Source: Candidatus Magasanikiibacteriota bacterium
GTDB lineage: Bacteria; Patescibacteriota; Patescibacteriia; Magasanikbacterales; UBA922
Assembly: GCA_014729395.1 (NCBI GenBank)
Contig: WJJZ01000001.1
Span: 3,634 to 67,633 of the forward strand
Reading direction: 5' to 3'
DNA length: 64,000 bases
Below, piece by piece: positions 18,416 to 27,663 of the stretch. Each line of letters begins with the position of its first letter. Within the stretch, counting starts at the first letter, position 1. Made by a program: the position numbers and the translations under genes. The notes beneath the pieces are model-generated. The model was not told the origin of the DNA. It searched no databases and worked only from the letters and a program-made list of their open reading frames with translations.

Positions 18416-19921
18416 TCAAATATTTTTACCATGTTTATCAAATATATCCGCAACCTTTTTCATCATCTGAGATTGATCTATAATTTCCTGTATTCCCGAA
18501 TCCATATCCCTTACTATTAAAGTTCCATCCTGAATCTCTTTTTGGCCTAAAATAAAGCAATATTTAACTCCGAATTTATTTGCCAACTCCAGTTGTGATT
18601 TCAGTGAATGTTTGGCCAGATTATGCTTTACCGCATAACCTTGTTTGCGCAACTCTTCAATCATCTTTAGGGCGCCTCTTCTTGCCAATTCACCCAATTG
18701 AGCAAAATATATCGGATTACTGACTTCTTTTTTTTCTTCATTTTCTTCTTTGTTCTCTTTTTTCTTCATAACCGAAACAATCCTCTCCAAACCCAGGGCA
18801 AATCCACATCCAGGAGTTTCCTGACCGCCAATCTGCTCAGACAATCCATTATACCTTCCTCCACCACCCAGAGCATTTTGCGATTTCTGTTCCTCGTCTT
18901 CTTCGTAAAACTCAAAAACCGTATCAGTATAATAATCCAAACCTCGAACCAAAGTTGATTGTAAAACATAAGGAACTTCCAACTCATCCAAATATTCCAA
19001 AACTTTCATAAAAAAATCTTTAGGCTTATCACTTAACCAATCGATTATTTGTGGTGCCTCTTCTATCACCGGCTGACATTGTTCTTGTTTGCAATCTAAA
19101 ACTCGTAAAGGGTTTTTATTGATTCTTCTTTTGCAATCATCACATAGATATCCACGTTTTGAACGCAAATACCCAACCAGTTCAATTATATAATTTTGAC
19201 GATCATCAAGTGTGCCAATACTATTAACATGGACTGTTGTATTAATACCCAAATCCTTTAAAAAATTATATGCGATAATAATCAGCTCTGCGTCGATTAC
19301 CGGATCATGTCCCCCTATTGACTCACACCCAAATTGATGAAATTGCCTGAACCTGCCGGCTTGTGGACGATCATGTCTGAACATTGGTCCCAAATACCAA
19401 ACCTTTACCGGTTGCGGAAGAGTCTGCATGCCATGACTGATATAAGACCTCATTACAGATGCGGTAGCCTCCGGTCTAAGGGCTATTTTTGTCTTATCTC
19501 TATCCTCAAATATATACATTTCTTTATCAACCACATCCGTTCCTCTGCCAATTGAACGCACAAAGAGACTGGCTTCCTCCATTATTGGTGTTTCGATTTT
19601 CCCATATCCATAAACATTGGATATACTCTCTGCTTCATGCCTCATTTTTAACCAATACTCCTCATCTTTTGGTAATAAATCTTTCATCCCTCTAAGAAGT
19701 GAAGGGGTTTTTGCTTTTTTATTAACTCTTATATCACCGGCAGTTTTCATTTTTTTAGTAGCGGCGGTTTTTTTTGCGGTCTTTTTCTTCTTTTTTGTTG
19801 TTGTCTTTCGCTTCGTCTTCTTTTTTGCCGGAGTTTTTTTCTTTGTGGTTTTTTTTCTGGCCGGCTTTCTTTTGGTGGTCTTTTTCTTTGTTGTTTTGGA
19901 TTTTGTTTTTTTTCTTGGCAT
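18416..19921 (-). CDS. hisS: histidyl-tRNA synthetase with ~75-aa Lys/Thr-rich N-terminal extension
   Basis: Class II aaRS motifs (LRGMKDLLP..., ALRPEATASVMRSY, GGGGRYNGL) and an anticodon-binding C-terminal domain. N-terminus is MPRKKTKSKTTKKKTTKRKPARKKTTKKK... Confidence 0.9.
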   Translation of the reverse strand: MPRKKTKSKTTKKKTTKRKPARKKTTKKKTPAKKKTKRKTTTKKKKKTAKKTAATKKMKTAGDIRVNKKAKTPSLLRGMKDLLPKDEEYWLKMRHEAESISNVYGYGKIETPIMEEASLFVRSIGRGTDVVDKEMYIFEDRDKTKIALRPEATASVMRSYISHGMQTLPQPVKVWYLGPMFRHDRPQAGRFRQFHQFGCESIGGHDPVIDAELIIIAYNFLKDLGINTTVHVNSIGTLDDRQNYIIELVGYLRSKRGYLCDDCKRRINKNPLRVLDCKQEQCQPVIEEAPQIIDWLSDKPKDFFMKVLEYLDELEVPYVLQSTLVRGLDYYTDTVFEFYEEDEEQKSQNALGGGGRYNGLSEQIGGQETPGCGFALGLERIVSVMKKKENKEENEEKKEVSNPIYFAQLGELARRGALKMIEELRKQGYAVKHNLAKHSLKSQLELANKFGVKYCFILGQKEIQDGTLIVRDMDSGIQEIIDQSQMMKKVADIFDKHGKNI

Positions 19922-19942
19922 AATAATTATAAAAATTGAAAA

Positions 19943-20599
19943 TTATAAATTGTAGTTGGGACTATCCAGAATATCAAACCTATTAAAGGGCCAACCTCGA
20001 AGCCAGGCTCTGCCCACTATTTCGTTTTTACTTACCGGGCCAAAACGTCTTGAGTCAAAACTGGCATCCCTATTATCACCCATCACAAAATATTGACCGG
20101 GCCCGAGAGCGATGGTGACTGAACCGGGAGTCACTTCTTCAAGATAAATTTCCTCAACAACAATACCCTGAGGGTGATCTTGGTTAAAAATTATTACCTT
20201 ATTATCTTCAACCTTGACTCTTTCACCCGGCAGTCCAATTATTCTTTTCAGATAATAATCTTTATCGCCGATTGGTGCCTTAAAGACAACCACTTCTCCA
20301 CGCATCGGTTCACGGAAACGATAACTTATTTCATCAATAATTAAATACTCTCTTTCAAAAAAATTAGGTTGCATTGATTCACCTTTGACATAAAAAGGTT
20401 TAAACAAAAAATATCGTACAAGGACTATGGTAATACCGGCCAGTATGACAATCTTTACCAATTCAAGGAAAAACAATCCAATCGTTGCCAGCACACCCTT
20501 TTCCACATCCGAGACTACTTTATTTTGTTCTGTCTCGTTTTTTATTTCAATTTCTTCAGTATCGATGTCATGCTCTTTTTTTTCTTCATTTTTTGGCAT
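19943..20599 (-). CDS. lepB: signal peptidase I
   Basis: SPase I boxes GESMQPNF, KRIIGLPGERV and VMGDNRDASFDSRRFGPV. N-terminal TM helix after an acidic lead. Confidence 0.85.
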   Translation of the reverse strand: MPKNEEKKEHDIDTEEIEIKNETEQNKVVSDVEKGVLATIGLFFLELVKIVILAGITIVLVRYFLFKPFYVKGESMQPNFFEREYLIIDEISYRFREPMRGEVVVFKAPIGDKDYYLKRIIGLPGERVKVEDNKVIIFNQDHPQGIVVEEIYLEEVTPGSVTIALGPGQYFVMGDNRDASFDSRRFGPVSKNEIVGRAWLRGWPFNRFDILDSPNYNL

Positions 20600-20693
20600 A
20601 AAGTAGGTAAATATAATACTATTTTACTGATAGATTATACACCAAAAATCAATAAAATGCAAATAAAAAAACCACTCGTAAAAAAGGGTTTTG

Positions 20694-20767
20694 TGGGCAA
20701 TCCAGGAATCGAACCTGGGACCTCAACATTATCAGTGTTGCGCTCTAACCAACTGAGCTAATTGCCC
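20694..20767 (-). tRNA. tRNA-Ile (anticodon GAT)
   Basis: Reverse complement GGGCAAT-TA-GCTC-AGTTGGTTA-GAGC-G-CAACA-CTGATAA-TGTTG-AGGTC-CCAGG-TTCGATT-CCTGG-ATTGCCC-A folds as a canonical cloverleaf. CCA is not encoded. Confidence 0.85.
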
Positions 20768-20798
20768 TTTTTTATAACTTTGTATTTTAATTGCCCAG

Positions 20799-20872
20799 TG
20801 GGTCTGAGCCGATTTGAACGGCTGACCTCTACGATGTCAACGTAGCGCTCTAACCAACTGAGCTACAGACCC
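20799..20872 (-). tRNA. tRNA-Val (anticodon GAC)
   Basis: Reverse complement GGGTCTG-TA-GCTC-AGTTGGTTAG-AGC-G-CTACG-TTGACAT-CGTAG-AGGTC-AGCCG-TTCAAAT-CGGCT-CAGACCC-A. CCA is not encoded. Confidence 0.85.
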
Positions 20873-21036
20873 CTTTTATTTCTAAAATCGGACTCTCAGC
20901 AACTGAAATATGCAATCAAACTTTTAAATAAACCGGGTGCTTGCCCGCCACAATGACACAAAAGCGGAAGCTATAGACCCTATTTATTGTCACTTAAACT
21001 GCTTAACATAATATACAAAAAAAACAAAAAAGTCAA

Positions 21037-21078
21037 GAAAAAAAACACCCCGTCAAAGACGGAGTGGTTTTGTTTTTT
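21037..21078. terminator. bidirectional rho-independent terminator after the rpsP-KH operon
   Basis: A-run, hairpin CACCCCGTC-AAA-GACGGAGTG, then GTTTTGTTTTTT. Lies just downstream (minus strand) of the KH gene stop. Confidence 0.55.
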
Positions 21079-21085
21079 GAAGTGT

Positions 21086-21400
21086 TTAGATCTGTAGATC
21101 ATCAACTGCACTTGTATCCACATCATCCATTGAAGAAGCTTTTGGACCACGACCACCTTCCGGTTCGTTGATCTTTAGATTAACGCGAGCGTTATTCTTT
21201 GCTCCAACAATTTTAAGCAATGTGCGAATAGCACGAGCAGTTTGACCTTGACGACCGATGACATATCCCATATCGCTTGGATTTACATCCAAAGTGATTA
21301 GAACGCCACGTTCATCAATCGTTCTTTCAGTCTTTACGTCATCCGGATTATTTACAATCGCTTTGACAACGTAATCAATAAATTCTTGATCTTTTTCCAT
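21086..21400 (-). CDS. KH-domain RNA-binding protein (KhpA/YlqC-like) with acidic C-terminal tail
   Basis: GXXG motif VIGRQGQTARAIRTLL. Conserved position downstream of rpsP. Confidence 0.75.
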   Translation of the reverse strand: MEKDQEFIDYVVKAIVNNPDDVKTERTIDERGVLITLDVNPSDMGYVIGRQGQTARAIRTLLKIVGAKNNARVNLKINEPEGGRGPKASSMDDVDTSAVDDLQI

Positions 21401-21556
21401 AATACATTAATTACAACTCAAACTGATTTTCTTATTTATAGACTGTCGACACTGTGAGATCTAAATCTCACCAGTTCTATGGTAGCAATATTATATCACA
21501 AAAAATGCCTATTGTCAATCCTTGAAAAAACCGCCCCTTGAAGGGACGGTTGCTCT

Positions 21557-22159
21557 TTATTTATCTTCACTTTTCTCTTGCTTTTCATCTTCACTTTTTT
21601 CATTGCTCTCATTTTTTTTCTGAACTTTTTTCTCTTCCGCTTCTTTATCGTTCTTTTCCGTTTCGTCTTTATTTTTTTCTTTTGATGGCTCAACTTTGTT
21701 ATTTTCAGATTCTTGGTTTTTCTCCTGGTTTGCCTCTTCTTTTACATCTTCCTTGACTTCTTGCTTCACGTCAGAGCCTTCCTCTGCTTTGACATCTTTT
21801 TTACTATCTTTCTTCTCTTCTTCCTTTGCGGATTCAGATTCTTCTTTTTCTTTTTTACTTTTTTCTTCTATTTTTGATCTCCTTTTGTCGGATATTGTCA
21901 CCGATTTCATTTTATCACCACTAATAATACCTTCTTTAATGAAAATATTGTTCACAGTGTTTGAAGGTTTTGCACCTTTCTCAATCCAATATTTTATTCT
22001 ATCCACTTTAAAATCAACTATTTTGGGAATAGCAACCGGATTATATAGACCTAGAATCTCCAAACTACCCGCCTGAGTGTCTTTTATTTTCTCAGATACT
22101 ATCAATCGATAATTTGGACTCTTTTTCTTCCCCATGCGTTGTAAACGAATTCGTAACAT
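21557..22159 (-). CDS. rpsP: 30S ribosomal protein S16 with ~120-aa K/E-rich C-terminal extension
   Basis: MLRIRLQRMGKKKSPNYRLIV...LGLYNP...RIKYWIEKGAKPS, then a low-complexity KEEEK tail. Confidence 0.85.
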   Translation of the reverse strand: MLRIRLQRMGKKKSPNYRLIVSEKIKDTQAGSLEILGLYNPVAIPKIVDFKVDRIKYWIEKGAKPSNTVNNIFIKEGIISGDKMKSVTISDKRRSKIEEKSKKEKEESESAKEEEKKDSKKDVKAEEGSDVKQEVKEDVKEEANQEKNQESENNKVEPSKEKNKDETEKNDKEAEEKKVQKKNESNEKSEDEKQEKSEDK

Positions 22160-22250
22160 AATTTAATTTATTAAGAGTTGTAAATTTTAGAGTTGTAGAT
22201 GTTATGTTTTTAAACTTACAACTTTATAACTTATTACTTACAACTGGTTA

Positions 22251-24326
22251 TTATTTCTTTCCCTCAATTATCTGCTGGGCTACATTTTGCGGAACTTCTT
22301 CATACTTCTCAAATTCCATGGAATAGTTGGCTCTACCCTGGGTCATGGAACGCAATGATGTAGCATACCCAAACATCTCTGCCAATGGTACCAAAGCATT
22401 GACAACTTTTGATTGTCCTCGCTCGGTCATCTCTTGAACTTGACCGCGCTTTGAACTCAAATCACCAATTACATCACCCATATATTCTTCCGGAGTAATG
22501 ACTTCCACCTTCATAATCGGCTCCAAAATTATTGGATTGGCTTTTTTAGCGGCAGCCTGGAAAGCCATACTACCGGCCATTTTAAAAGCCACTTCGGATG
22601 AATCAACTTCATGGTAACTACCGTCATAACAAGTAACCTTGACATCGACAACCGGATATCCGGCTGTTACACCTTTATCAATTGCTTCTTGTACTCCTTT
22701 TTGAATAGCAGGAATATACTCCTTTGGAATGATTCCACCTTTTATTTCATCCACAAACTCAAAACCTTCACCCCTATCAAGAGCTTCCAATCGCAACCAG
22801 CAATGTCCATATTGGCCTCGTCCACCCGATTGTTTGATATACTTTCCTTCAGCTTCTGCACTTTGTTTAACCGTTTCTTTATATGCAACTTGAGGAGCGC
22901 CGACATTTGCCTCAACTTTAAACTCTCGTTTCATTCTGTCAACAATAATGTCCAAATGCAGCTCGCCCATACCCTCAATAATCGTTTGTAATGTATCTTC
23001 ATCAGTATGAACTCTAAAAGTGGGATCCTCTTCTGCTAATTTTTGCAATGCAAGTGACATCTTTTCGGCATCCGCCTTGCTGTTTGGTTCAATTGCCACG
23101 GAAATAACCGGTTCAGGAAATGTGATATTCTCCAACATAACCGGACGTGACTCATCACAAAGCGTATCCCCGGTGGTTGTTCTTTTTAGTCCGATACCGG
23201 CTGCTATGTCTCCGGAGTACACCTCATCAACCTCTTCTCGACTATTGGCATGAAGCCTAACTATACGGCCTATACGCTCTTTGTCTCCGGTCGAAGTATT
23301 ATACACATAACTACCGGCCTTAAGTGTACCTGAATATACTCGAAAAAAAGTTAATTTACCTACAAATGGATCGGTGGCAATTTTAAAAGCCAAAGCTGTA
23401 AAAGCTTCGCTATCATCAACTTTAATAGGTATTTTTTTATCCGGGTCATTCGGATCAGTACCCTCTGCCGCCGGTACATCCAAAGGAGAAGGTAAAAAAC
23501 TTACAACCGCATCCAATACCGGTTGCACACCGATATTTTGTAAAGCCGTACCACACATAACCGGATACAAATCATCATTTAACACCATCTCACGGATACC
23601 TGCTTTTATATCTTCTATACTCAAATCAGAATTTTCCAAATATTTATTCATCAAATCCTCATTGGCTTCGGCAACTTTTTCCAGCATGTCCGCTCTGTAT
23701 TTTTCAACCTTATCTTTCATATCATCCGGTATGTCAATTTCAACTACGTTAATACCATAATCACCTTCAAATTTATATGCTTTCCTTTCAATTAAATCAA
23801 TAATTCCCGAAAAAGAAGCCTCGGCCCCAATCGGTAATTGAATAGCAAAAGCGTCAGGTGACAACCTTTCTTTAATCGAATCAAGACTCATATAAAAATC
23901 AGCACCTGTCTTGTCCATTTTATTTATAAAACAAATTCTTGGAACATGATATTTGTCTGCTTGTTTCCAAACTGTTTCTGATTGCGGCTCAACTCCCTGC
24001 GAACCATCAAAAACAGCAACCGCGCCGTCTAAAACACGTAAAGATCGTTCGACTTCAACTGTAAAATCTACGTGACCGGGTGTGTCAATTATATTTATTC
24101 TGTGATCTTTCCAAAAACAAGTGGTGGCGGCACTGGTTATGGTAATACCGCGTTCTTTTTCTTGTTCCATCCAGTCCATATCAGCTTGACCTTCATGAGT
24201 CTCACCTATTTTATGCTTTTTACCGGTATAATAAAGAATACGTTCAGTCACAGTTGTCTTCCCGGCGTCAATATGAGCCATGATGCCGATATTTCTAGTT
24301 TTTTCTAAAGTATATTCTCGAGCCAT
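22251..24326 (-). CDS. fusA: elongation factor G
   Basis: 691 aa with GTPase motifs [17 protein letters not shown] and NKMD, and EF-G domains. Confidence 0.95.
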   Translation of the reverse strand: MAREYTLEKTRNIGIMAHIDAGKTTVTERILYYTGKKHKIGETHEGQADMDWMEQEKERGITITSAATTCFWKDHRINIIDTPGHVDFTVEVERSLRVLDGAVAVFDGSQGVEPQSETVWKQADKYHVPRICFINKMDKTGADFYMSLDSIKERLSPDAFAIQLPIGAEASFSGIIDLIERKAYKFEGDYGINVVEIDIPDDMKDKVEKYRADMLEKVAEANEDLMNKYLENSDLSIEDIKAGIREMVLNDDLYPVMCGTALQNIGVQPVLDAVVSFLPSPLDVPAAEGTDPNDPDKKIPIKVDDSEAFTALAFKIATDPFVGKLTFFRVYSGTLKAGSYVYNTSTGDKERIGRIVRLHANSREEVDEVYSGDIAAGIGLKRTTTGDTLCDESRPVMLENITFPEPVISVAIEPNSKADAEKMSLALQKLAEEDPTFRVHTDEDTLQTIIEGMGELHLDIIVDRMKREFKVEANVGAPQVAYKETVKQSAEAEGKYIKQSGGRGQYGHCWLRLEALDRGEGFEFVDEIKGGIIPKEYIPAIQKGVQEAIDKGVTAGYPVVDVKVTCYDGSYHEVDSSEVAFKMAGSMAFQAAAKKANPIILEPIMKVEVITPEEYMGDVIGDLSSKRGQVQEMTERGQSKVVNALVPLAEMFGYATSLRSMTQGRANYSMEFEKYEEVPQNVAQQIIEGKK

Positions 24327-24352
24327 AATAAAAAATTATTTGTATAAAATAA

Positions 24353-24832
24353 TTATCTTGCAAAACGTGCAAAATGAGCAAAAGCTTTATTAGCTTCGGC
24401 CATACGATGCACATCTTCTTTCTTTTTAGCAGCACCGCCAACACCTTCAACGGCATCTTCAAGTTCAAATGCCAATTTTTCCGTCATTGATTTACCTTTC
24501 CTGGCTTTTGCCGCTGCAATAATCCACCGAAAAGCCAGAGCATCCTGCCTTTTCCCACTTACCGGCATTGGTACTTGGTAGTTGGCACCACCAACTCGTC
24601 TTGATCTTACCTCTACCTGTGGTCTGATTGCTTCCAAAGCTTTTTCAAAAACTTTTAAAGGGTCTTTATCTTTATTTTTTTTAATAATATCAAAAGCTCC
24701 ATAAACAATTGATTGTGCTGTGGTCTTTTTTCCTCTTTCCATTATATAGTTAATGAATTTTGCAACCAATTCACTATTATATTTTGGATCAGGATCAATA
24801 GTTCTTTTTTGTGCGCTTTTTCCTCTTGCCAT
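24353..24832 (-). CDS. rpsG: 30S ribosomal protein S7
   Basis: [18 protein letters not shown]... matches S7 throughout. Follows the str operon order. Confidence 0.95.
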   Translation of the reverse strand: MARGKSAQKRTIDPDPKYNSELVAKFINYIMERGKKTTAQSIVYGAFDIIKKNKDKDPLKVFEKALEAIRPQVEVRSRRVGGANYQVPMPVSGKRQDALAFRWIIAAAKARKGKSMTEKLAFELEDAVEGVGGAAKKKEDVHRMAEANKAFAHFARFAR

Positions 24833-24924
24833 AATTTTAACTAATTAAATTATTTAGTTCGGAGTTAAAAGTTCTTAGTTTGGAGAAAAATACTGTGACT
24901 CCTATACCATGAACTCTAAAATGA

Positions 24925-25344
24925 TTATTTCTTGGGTTTCTTTGTTCCATATAGTGAACGACTCTTCTTTCTGCCTTCTACTCCCTGGGTATCATAAACA
25001 CCACGGACAACATGATATCTGACACCCGGCAAGTCTTTTACTCTCCCACCCCTTAGTAAAACTATAGAGTGTTCTTGCAAGTTATGCCCTTCTCCCGGAA
25101 TATATGCGATAACTTCTGAACCGTTTGATAATCTAACTTTGGCTACTTTACGCATAGCTGAGTTAGGCTTTTTTGGGGTAGTTGTATATACCTTTGTACA
25201 AACACCACGTTTAAATGGTGAACCTTTTCTTAAATATGTTTTCCTTCTGTGAAGACTGTCATATGTGAATTGCAAAGCAGGAGAAGCTGATTTCTCTTTC
25301 TTTGTTTTTCTTCCTTTTCGTAAAATTTGATTCATTGTTGGCAT
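24925..25344 (-). CDS. rpsL: 30S ribosomal protein S12
   Basis: [13 protein letters not shown]...PALQ...[14 protein letters not shown]. The ORF track start (25368) adds 8 aa encoded by a tandem repeat, so the start at the MPTMNQ Met is more likely. Confidence 0.9.
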   Translation of the reverse strand: MPTMNQILRKGRKTKKEKSASPALQFTYDSLHRRKTYLRKGSPFKRGVCTKVYTTTPKKPNSAMRKVAKVRLSNGSEVIAYIPGEGHNLQEHSIVLLRGGRVKDLPGVRYHVVRGVYDTQGVEGRKKSRSLYGTKKPKK

Positions 25345-25348
25345 AGAT

Positions 25349-25390
25349 TGACAATTAACAATTGACAATTAACAATTGACAATTTGTGTT
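25349..25390. repeat. 14-bp tandem repeat (CAATTGACAATTAA x3) carrying three TTGACA hexamers at the rpsL 5' end
   Basis: TTGACAATTAACAATTGACAATTAACAATTGACAATT read directly. Confidence 0.6.
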
Positions 25391-25567
25391 GATAATTATT
25401 TAAAAAATAAAATGTCCCCATTGGGGACGTTCGAAATTATTTCCCTATTTAGGCAAGGGTCGTATTCCGAACGTTAGTCCTGATTCAGTATCAGGATCAT
25501 CTTCACCCTATAAAAGGATTACTACGTTCAAATTTGTCTAATTTATAGTCAAAATCTGAGTATCAGA

Positions 25568-25596
25568 ATTATAGCAAATGGGTAAAAAACTGTCAA
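25568..25596 (-). promoter_or_regulatory. perfect sigma70-consensus promoter (TTGACA-N17-TATAAT) oriented toward rpsL-rpsG-fusA
   Basis: The minus-strand reading of 25596..25568 is TTGACAGTTTTTTACCCATTTGCTATAAT. It lies about 220 bp upstream of the rpsL start. Confidence 0.6.
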
Positions 25597-25610
25597 GTAT
25601 AATAATTCAG

Positions 25611-25770
25611 ATATGCGGATAATCCGAATCTACGGATCGTTTGGTCTATAGCCCGATAATTATATATTGTTATCCAATATCCGTAACAATAAAATTTTCG
25701 TATTTGGTAATAATATATTGGATTAAAATTATACTATCCGCAAATCTGGATTATCCGCATATCCGCATTA
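25611..25770. repeat. MITE-like intergenic element, copy 1 (~160 bp, terminal inverted repeats ATGCGGATAATCC...ACGGAT / GGATTATCCGCATATCCGCAT, DnaA-box-like TTATCCGCA 9-mers)
   Basis: Shares termini and internal blocks (GGATCGTTTGGTCTATAG ... ATTATACTATCCGCAAATCTGG) with the copies at 26847, 34756 and 50646. Copy 1 is inverted relative to copy 2. Confidence 0.6.
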
Positions 25771-25774
25771 TTAT

Positions 25775-26476
25775 TTAAAAGAAGCCAGCCCCTCCGGTAA
25801 ACAACAAATATAGATAGACTATGATTGGCGTTATCCACTGAAAAGCAAAAAATATAAAAAACAATAGTATAAAAAAGCCATATTGCTCCAAGTACATTCG
25901 AACTTTATACATGGAATCCGGCAAGATTGCGTATAAAATTTTGGAACCGTCAAGCGGTGGTATGGGAATCAAATTAAAGACCGCAAGAAGGACATTGGCA
26001 TAAATAATAATTGCAACAAGAGCATATAAAACGGCAAGAGGTGAGCCACTAGCTATATCTAATATATATTGAGGTTTACTGATAACAGCTAGTAATAAGT
26101 CAATCTTTATTTTATCCGACAACGGTAACACCCATGATACCAATGAAAACATCAGAGCGAGAATTATATTAGATGCTGGACCGGCTACTGCCACCAAAGC
26201 AGGTCCCCATTTTTGATCTTTTAAATTATATGGATTGAAAGGTACCGGTTTGGCATAAGCAAACAAAAATCTACCACCGGTTATGATAAATAAAATCAAT
26301 GGCATTAACAAAGTGCCCCACGGATCAATATGAACTTTGGGATTCAAAGATAATCGCCCTGCATATTTGGCGGTTGGGTCACCCAGCTGATTTGCCATCC
26401 AACCATGAGCATACTCATGCAAAATCGCTGAAGGTATTATTATAATAAAGAAAAATAATAATGGTATAATATCCAT
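25775..26476 (-). CDS. membrane zinc metalloprotease, peptidase M50 (site-2 protease) family
   Basis: HEYAHG (HExxH) followed by RLSLNPKVHIDPWGT and multiple TM helices. Confidence 0.7.
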   Translation of the reverse strand: MDIIPLLFFFIIIIPSAILHEYAHGWMANQLGDPTAKYAGRLSLNPKVHIDPWGTLLMPLILFIITGGRFLFAYAKPVPFNPYNLKDQKWGPALVAVAGPASNIILALMFSLVSWVLPLSDKIKIDLLLAVISKPQYILDIASGSPLAVLYALVAIIIYANVLLAVFNLIPIPPLDGSKILYAILPDSMYKVRMYLEQYGFFILLFFIFFAFQWITPIIVYLYLLFTGGAGFF

Positions 26477-26479
26477 ATA

Positions 26480-26508
26480 TTGACAAAATATTGCTTAAAG
26501 GCTATAAT
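26480..26508 (+). promoter_or_regulatory. perfect sigma70-consensus promoter upstream of rpmB
   Basis: TTGACA-AAATATTGCTTAAAGGC (17 nt)-TATAAT. Confidence 0.6.
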
Positions 26509-26642
26509 TTTTACGCTAGTTAAGTATACAATGCTAAAAGATCATAGTCAAAACCATACTAAAAGTTAATTGGAAATTGAAGATTAAGATTTATGATTTT
26601 TATTAAAGATTAGTAATTAAGTGAATTAATAATTTTAAATGT

Positions 26643-26807
26643 ATGTCCCGAACATGTGAAAAATGCGGAAAAGGACCAAAAAAAGCTGTTACAAGAAGTC
26701 ATTCAAAAATTAGAACTCTTAGAACACAAAAAGCTAATTTGCAAAAAATTAACGGAAAAAAACTCTGTACCGCTTGCATAAGAACAATGGTCAAAAAAAC
26801 CGCTTAA
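26643..26807 (+). CDS. rpmB: 50S ribosomal protein L28
   Basis: 54-aa ORF MSRTCEKCGKGPKKAVTRSHSKIRTLRTQKANLQKINGKKLCTACIRTMVKKTA with L28 Cys-pair zinc-ribbon pattern. Below the ORF-track size cut-off. Confidence 0.8.
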   Translation: MSRTCEKCGKGPKKAVTRSHSKIRTLRTQKANLQKINGKKLCTACIRTMVKKTA

Positions 26808-26813
26808 AAATAA

Positions 26814-26840
26814 CTCCCCTTTCGCGAGGGGATTTGTTAT
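26814..26840 (+). terminator. rho-independent terminator after rpmB
   Basis: CTCCCCT-TTCGCG-AGGGGAT hairpin followed by TTTGTT. Confidence 0.5.
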
Positions 26841-26846
26841 AATATG

Positions 26847-27007
26847 ATGCGGATATACGGATAATCCAGATTTACGGATAGTATGATTTTATCCCAATAT
26901 ATTATTTATAAATCCAAAGTTTCTATTGATGCGGATAGCAATATAAATTATTGGACTATAGATCAAACGATCCGAAAATCCGCATTATCCGTATATCCGT
27001 GTTATTA
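26847..27007. repeat. MITE-like intergenic element, copy 2
   Basis: Termini GCGGATATACGGATAATCCAGATTTACGGATAGTATGATT ... GATCCGAAAATCCGCATTATCCGTATATCCGTGTTATTA. Ends 5 bp before tRNA-Pro. Confidence 0.6.
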
Positions 27008-27011
27008 CAAA

Positions 27012-27088
27012 CGGGGTGTAGCTCAGTTGGCTAGAGCGCGCGCATGGGGTGCGTGAGGTCGCTGGTTCAAGTCCAGTCATCCCGACCA
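27012..27088 (+). tRNA. tRNA-Pro (anticodon GGG), CCA encoded
   Basis: CGGGGTG-TA-GCTC-AGTTGGCTAG-AGC-G-CGCGC-ATGGGGT-GCGTG-AGGTC-GCTGG-TTCAAGT-CCAGT-CATCCCG-A-CCA. Confidence 0.85.
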
Positions 27089-27089
27089 G

Positions 27090-27166
27090 CGGGATATGGC
27101 CTAATTGGCTAGGGCGCACGCTTCGGGTGCGTGAGGTTCCGGGTTCAAGTCCCGGTATCCCGACCA
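27090..27166 (+). tRNA. tRNA-Pro (anticodon CGG), CCA encoded
   Basis: CGGGATA-TG-GCCT-AATTGGCTA-GGGC-G-CACGC-TTCGGGT-GCGTG-AGGTT-CCGGG-TTCAAGT-CCCGG-TATCCCG-A-CCA. Starts 1 nt after the CCA of the preceding tRNA. Confidence 0.85.
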
Positions 27167-27367
27167 TTCGACTCGTCCCGACTCTGTCGGGACTCACTCA
27201 TGGTCTTCGACCTTATAATATAAATGAATTATTGCAAATAAAAAAGTCGAATACCCTGAGCGAACTAAAGGATTGGAAGATAACATTATGTTTATTTATC
27301 ATTATCTTCAAATCAAAATATATATTGCAAATCAACTTTTAATTTAAAAAATAGATTAAAGAACACA

Positions 27368-27396
27368 AAAAATACAAAAGCCCCTATAAAGGGGTT
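27368..27396 (+). terminator. rho-independent terminator downstream of the tRNA-Pro pair
   Basis: AAAAGCCCCT-ATAA-AGGGGTTTTTG. Confidence 0.55.
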
Positions 27397-27618
27397 TTTG
27401 TGTAACCTACATAAAAACGACATGATCGCCATCCCTAATGTACTAGGTGGGTAACCGCAATCTTAGCCCACGAGCCAAGATGATATAAGTTTCCCTATGA
27501 GACGATTTCGACGAATGAGATTATGCCGTTTTTTTGCTGTAGGTGATTTTATTATATATTTATAAAATCCTTGTGTCAAATCTTAAAAAAATTAATTGTT
27601 GTTAAGCTGTGAATTATT

Positions 27619-27657
27619 TAAAAAAAGCAGGCATGTAGAAAACACACCTGCTGGTTT
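27619..27657 (-). terminator. terminator after the ATP-grasp gene
   Basis: AAAAAAAGCAGG-loop-CCTGCTGGTTTTT. A-run and T-run flank the hairpin immediately past the gene stop at 27664. Confidence 0.45.
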
Positions 27658-27663
27658 TTACTA

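Noticed and set aside
18698-19955. Plus-strand ORFs 18698-18958 and 19617-19955 with poly-Phe/Val runs
   Set aside because: Antisense translation of the poly-Lys-encoding (AAG/AAA-rich) tail of hisS.
25349-25390. Possible CRISPR array
   Set aside because: Only three contiguous 14-bp units with no spacers. No CRISPR array seen anywhere in the window.
26985-27342. ORFs 26985-27197 (-) and 27049-27342 (+)
   Set aside because: They overlap the two tRNA-Pro genes and are translations of tRNA sequence.
27397-27617. tmRNA, SRP RNA or RNase P RNA in the large non-coding gap
   Set aside because: Looked for the tmRNA 5' GGGG...UUCGACG with a 3' tRNA-like T-arm, the RNase P P4 motif (AGGAAAGUCCGGGC), and SRP domain IV. 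None present beyond a lone TTCGACG heptamer.
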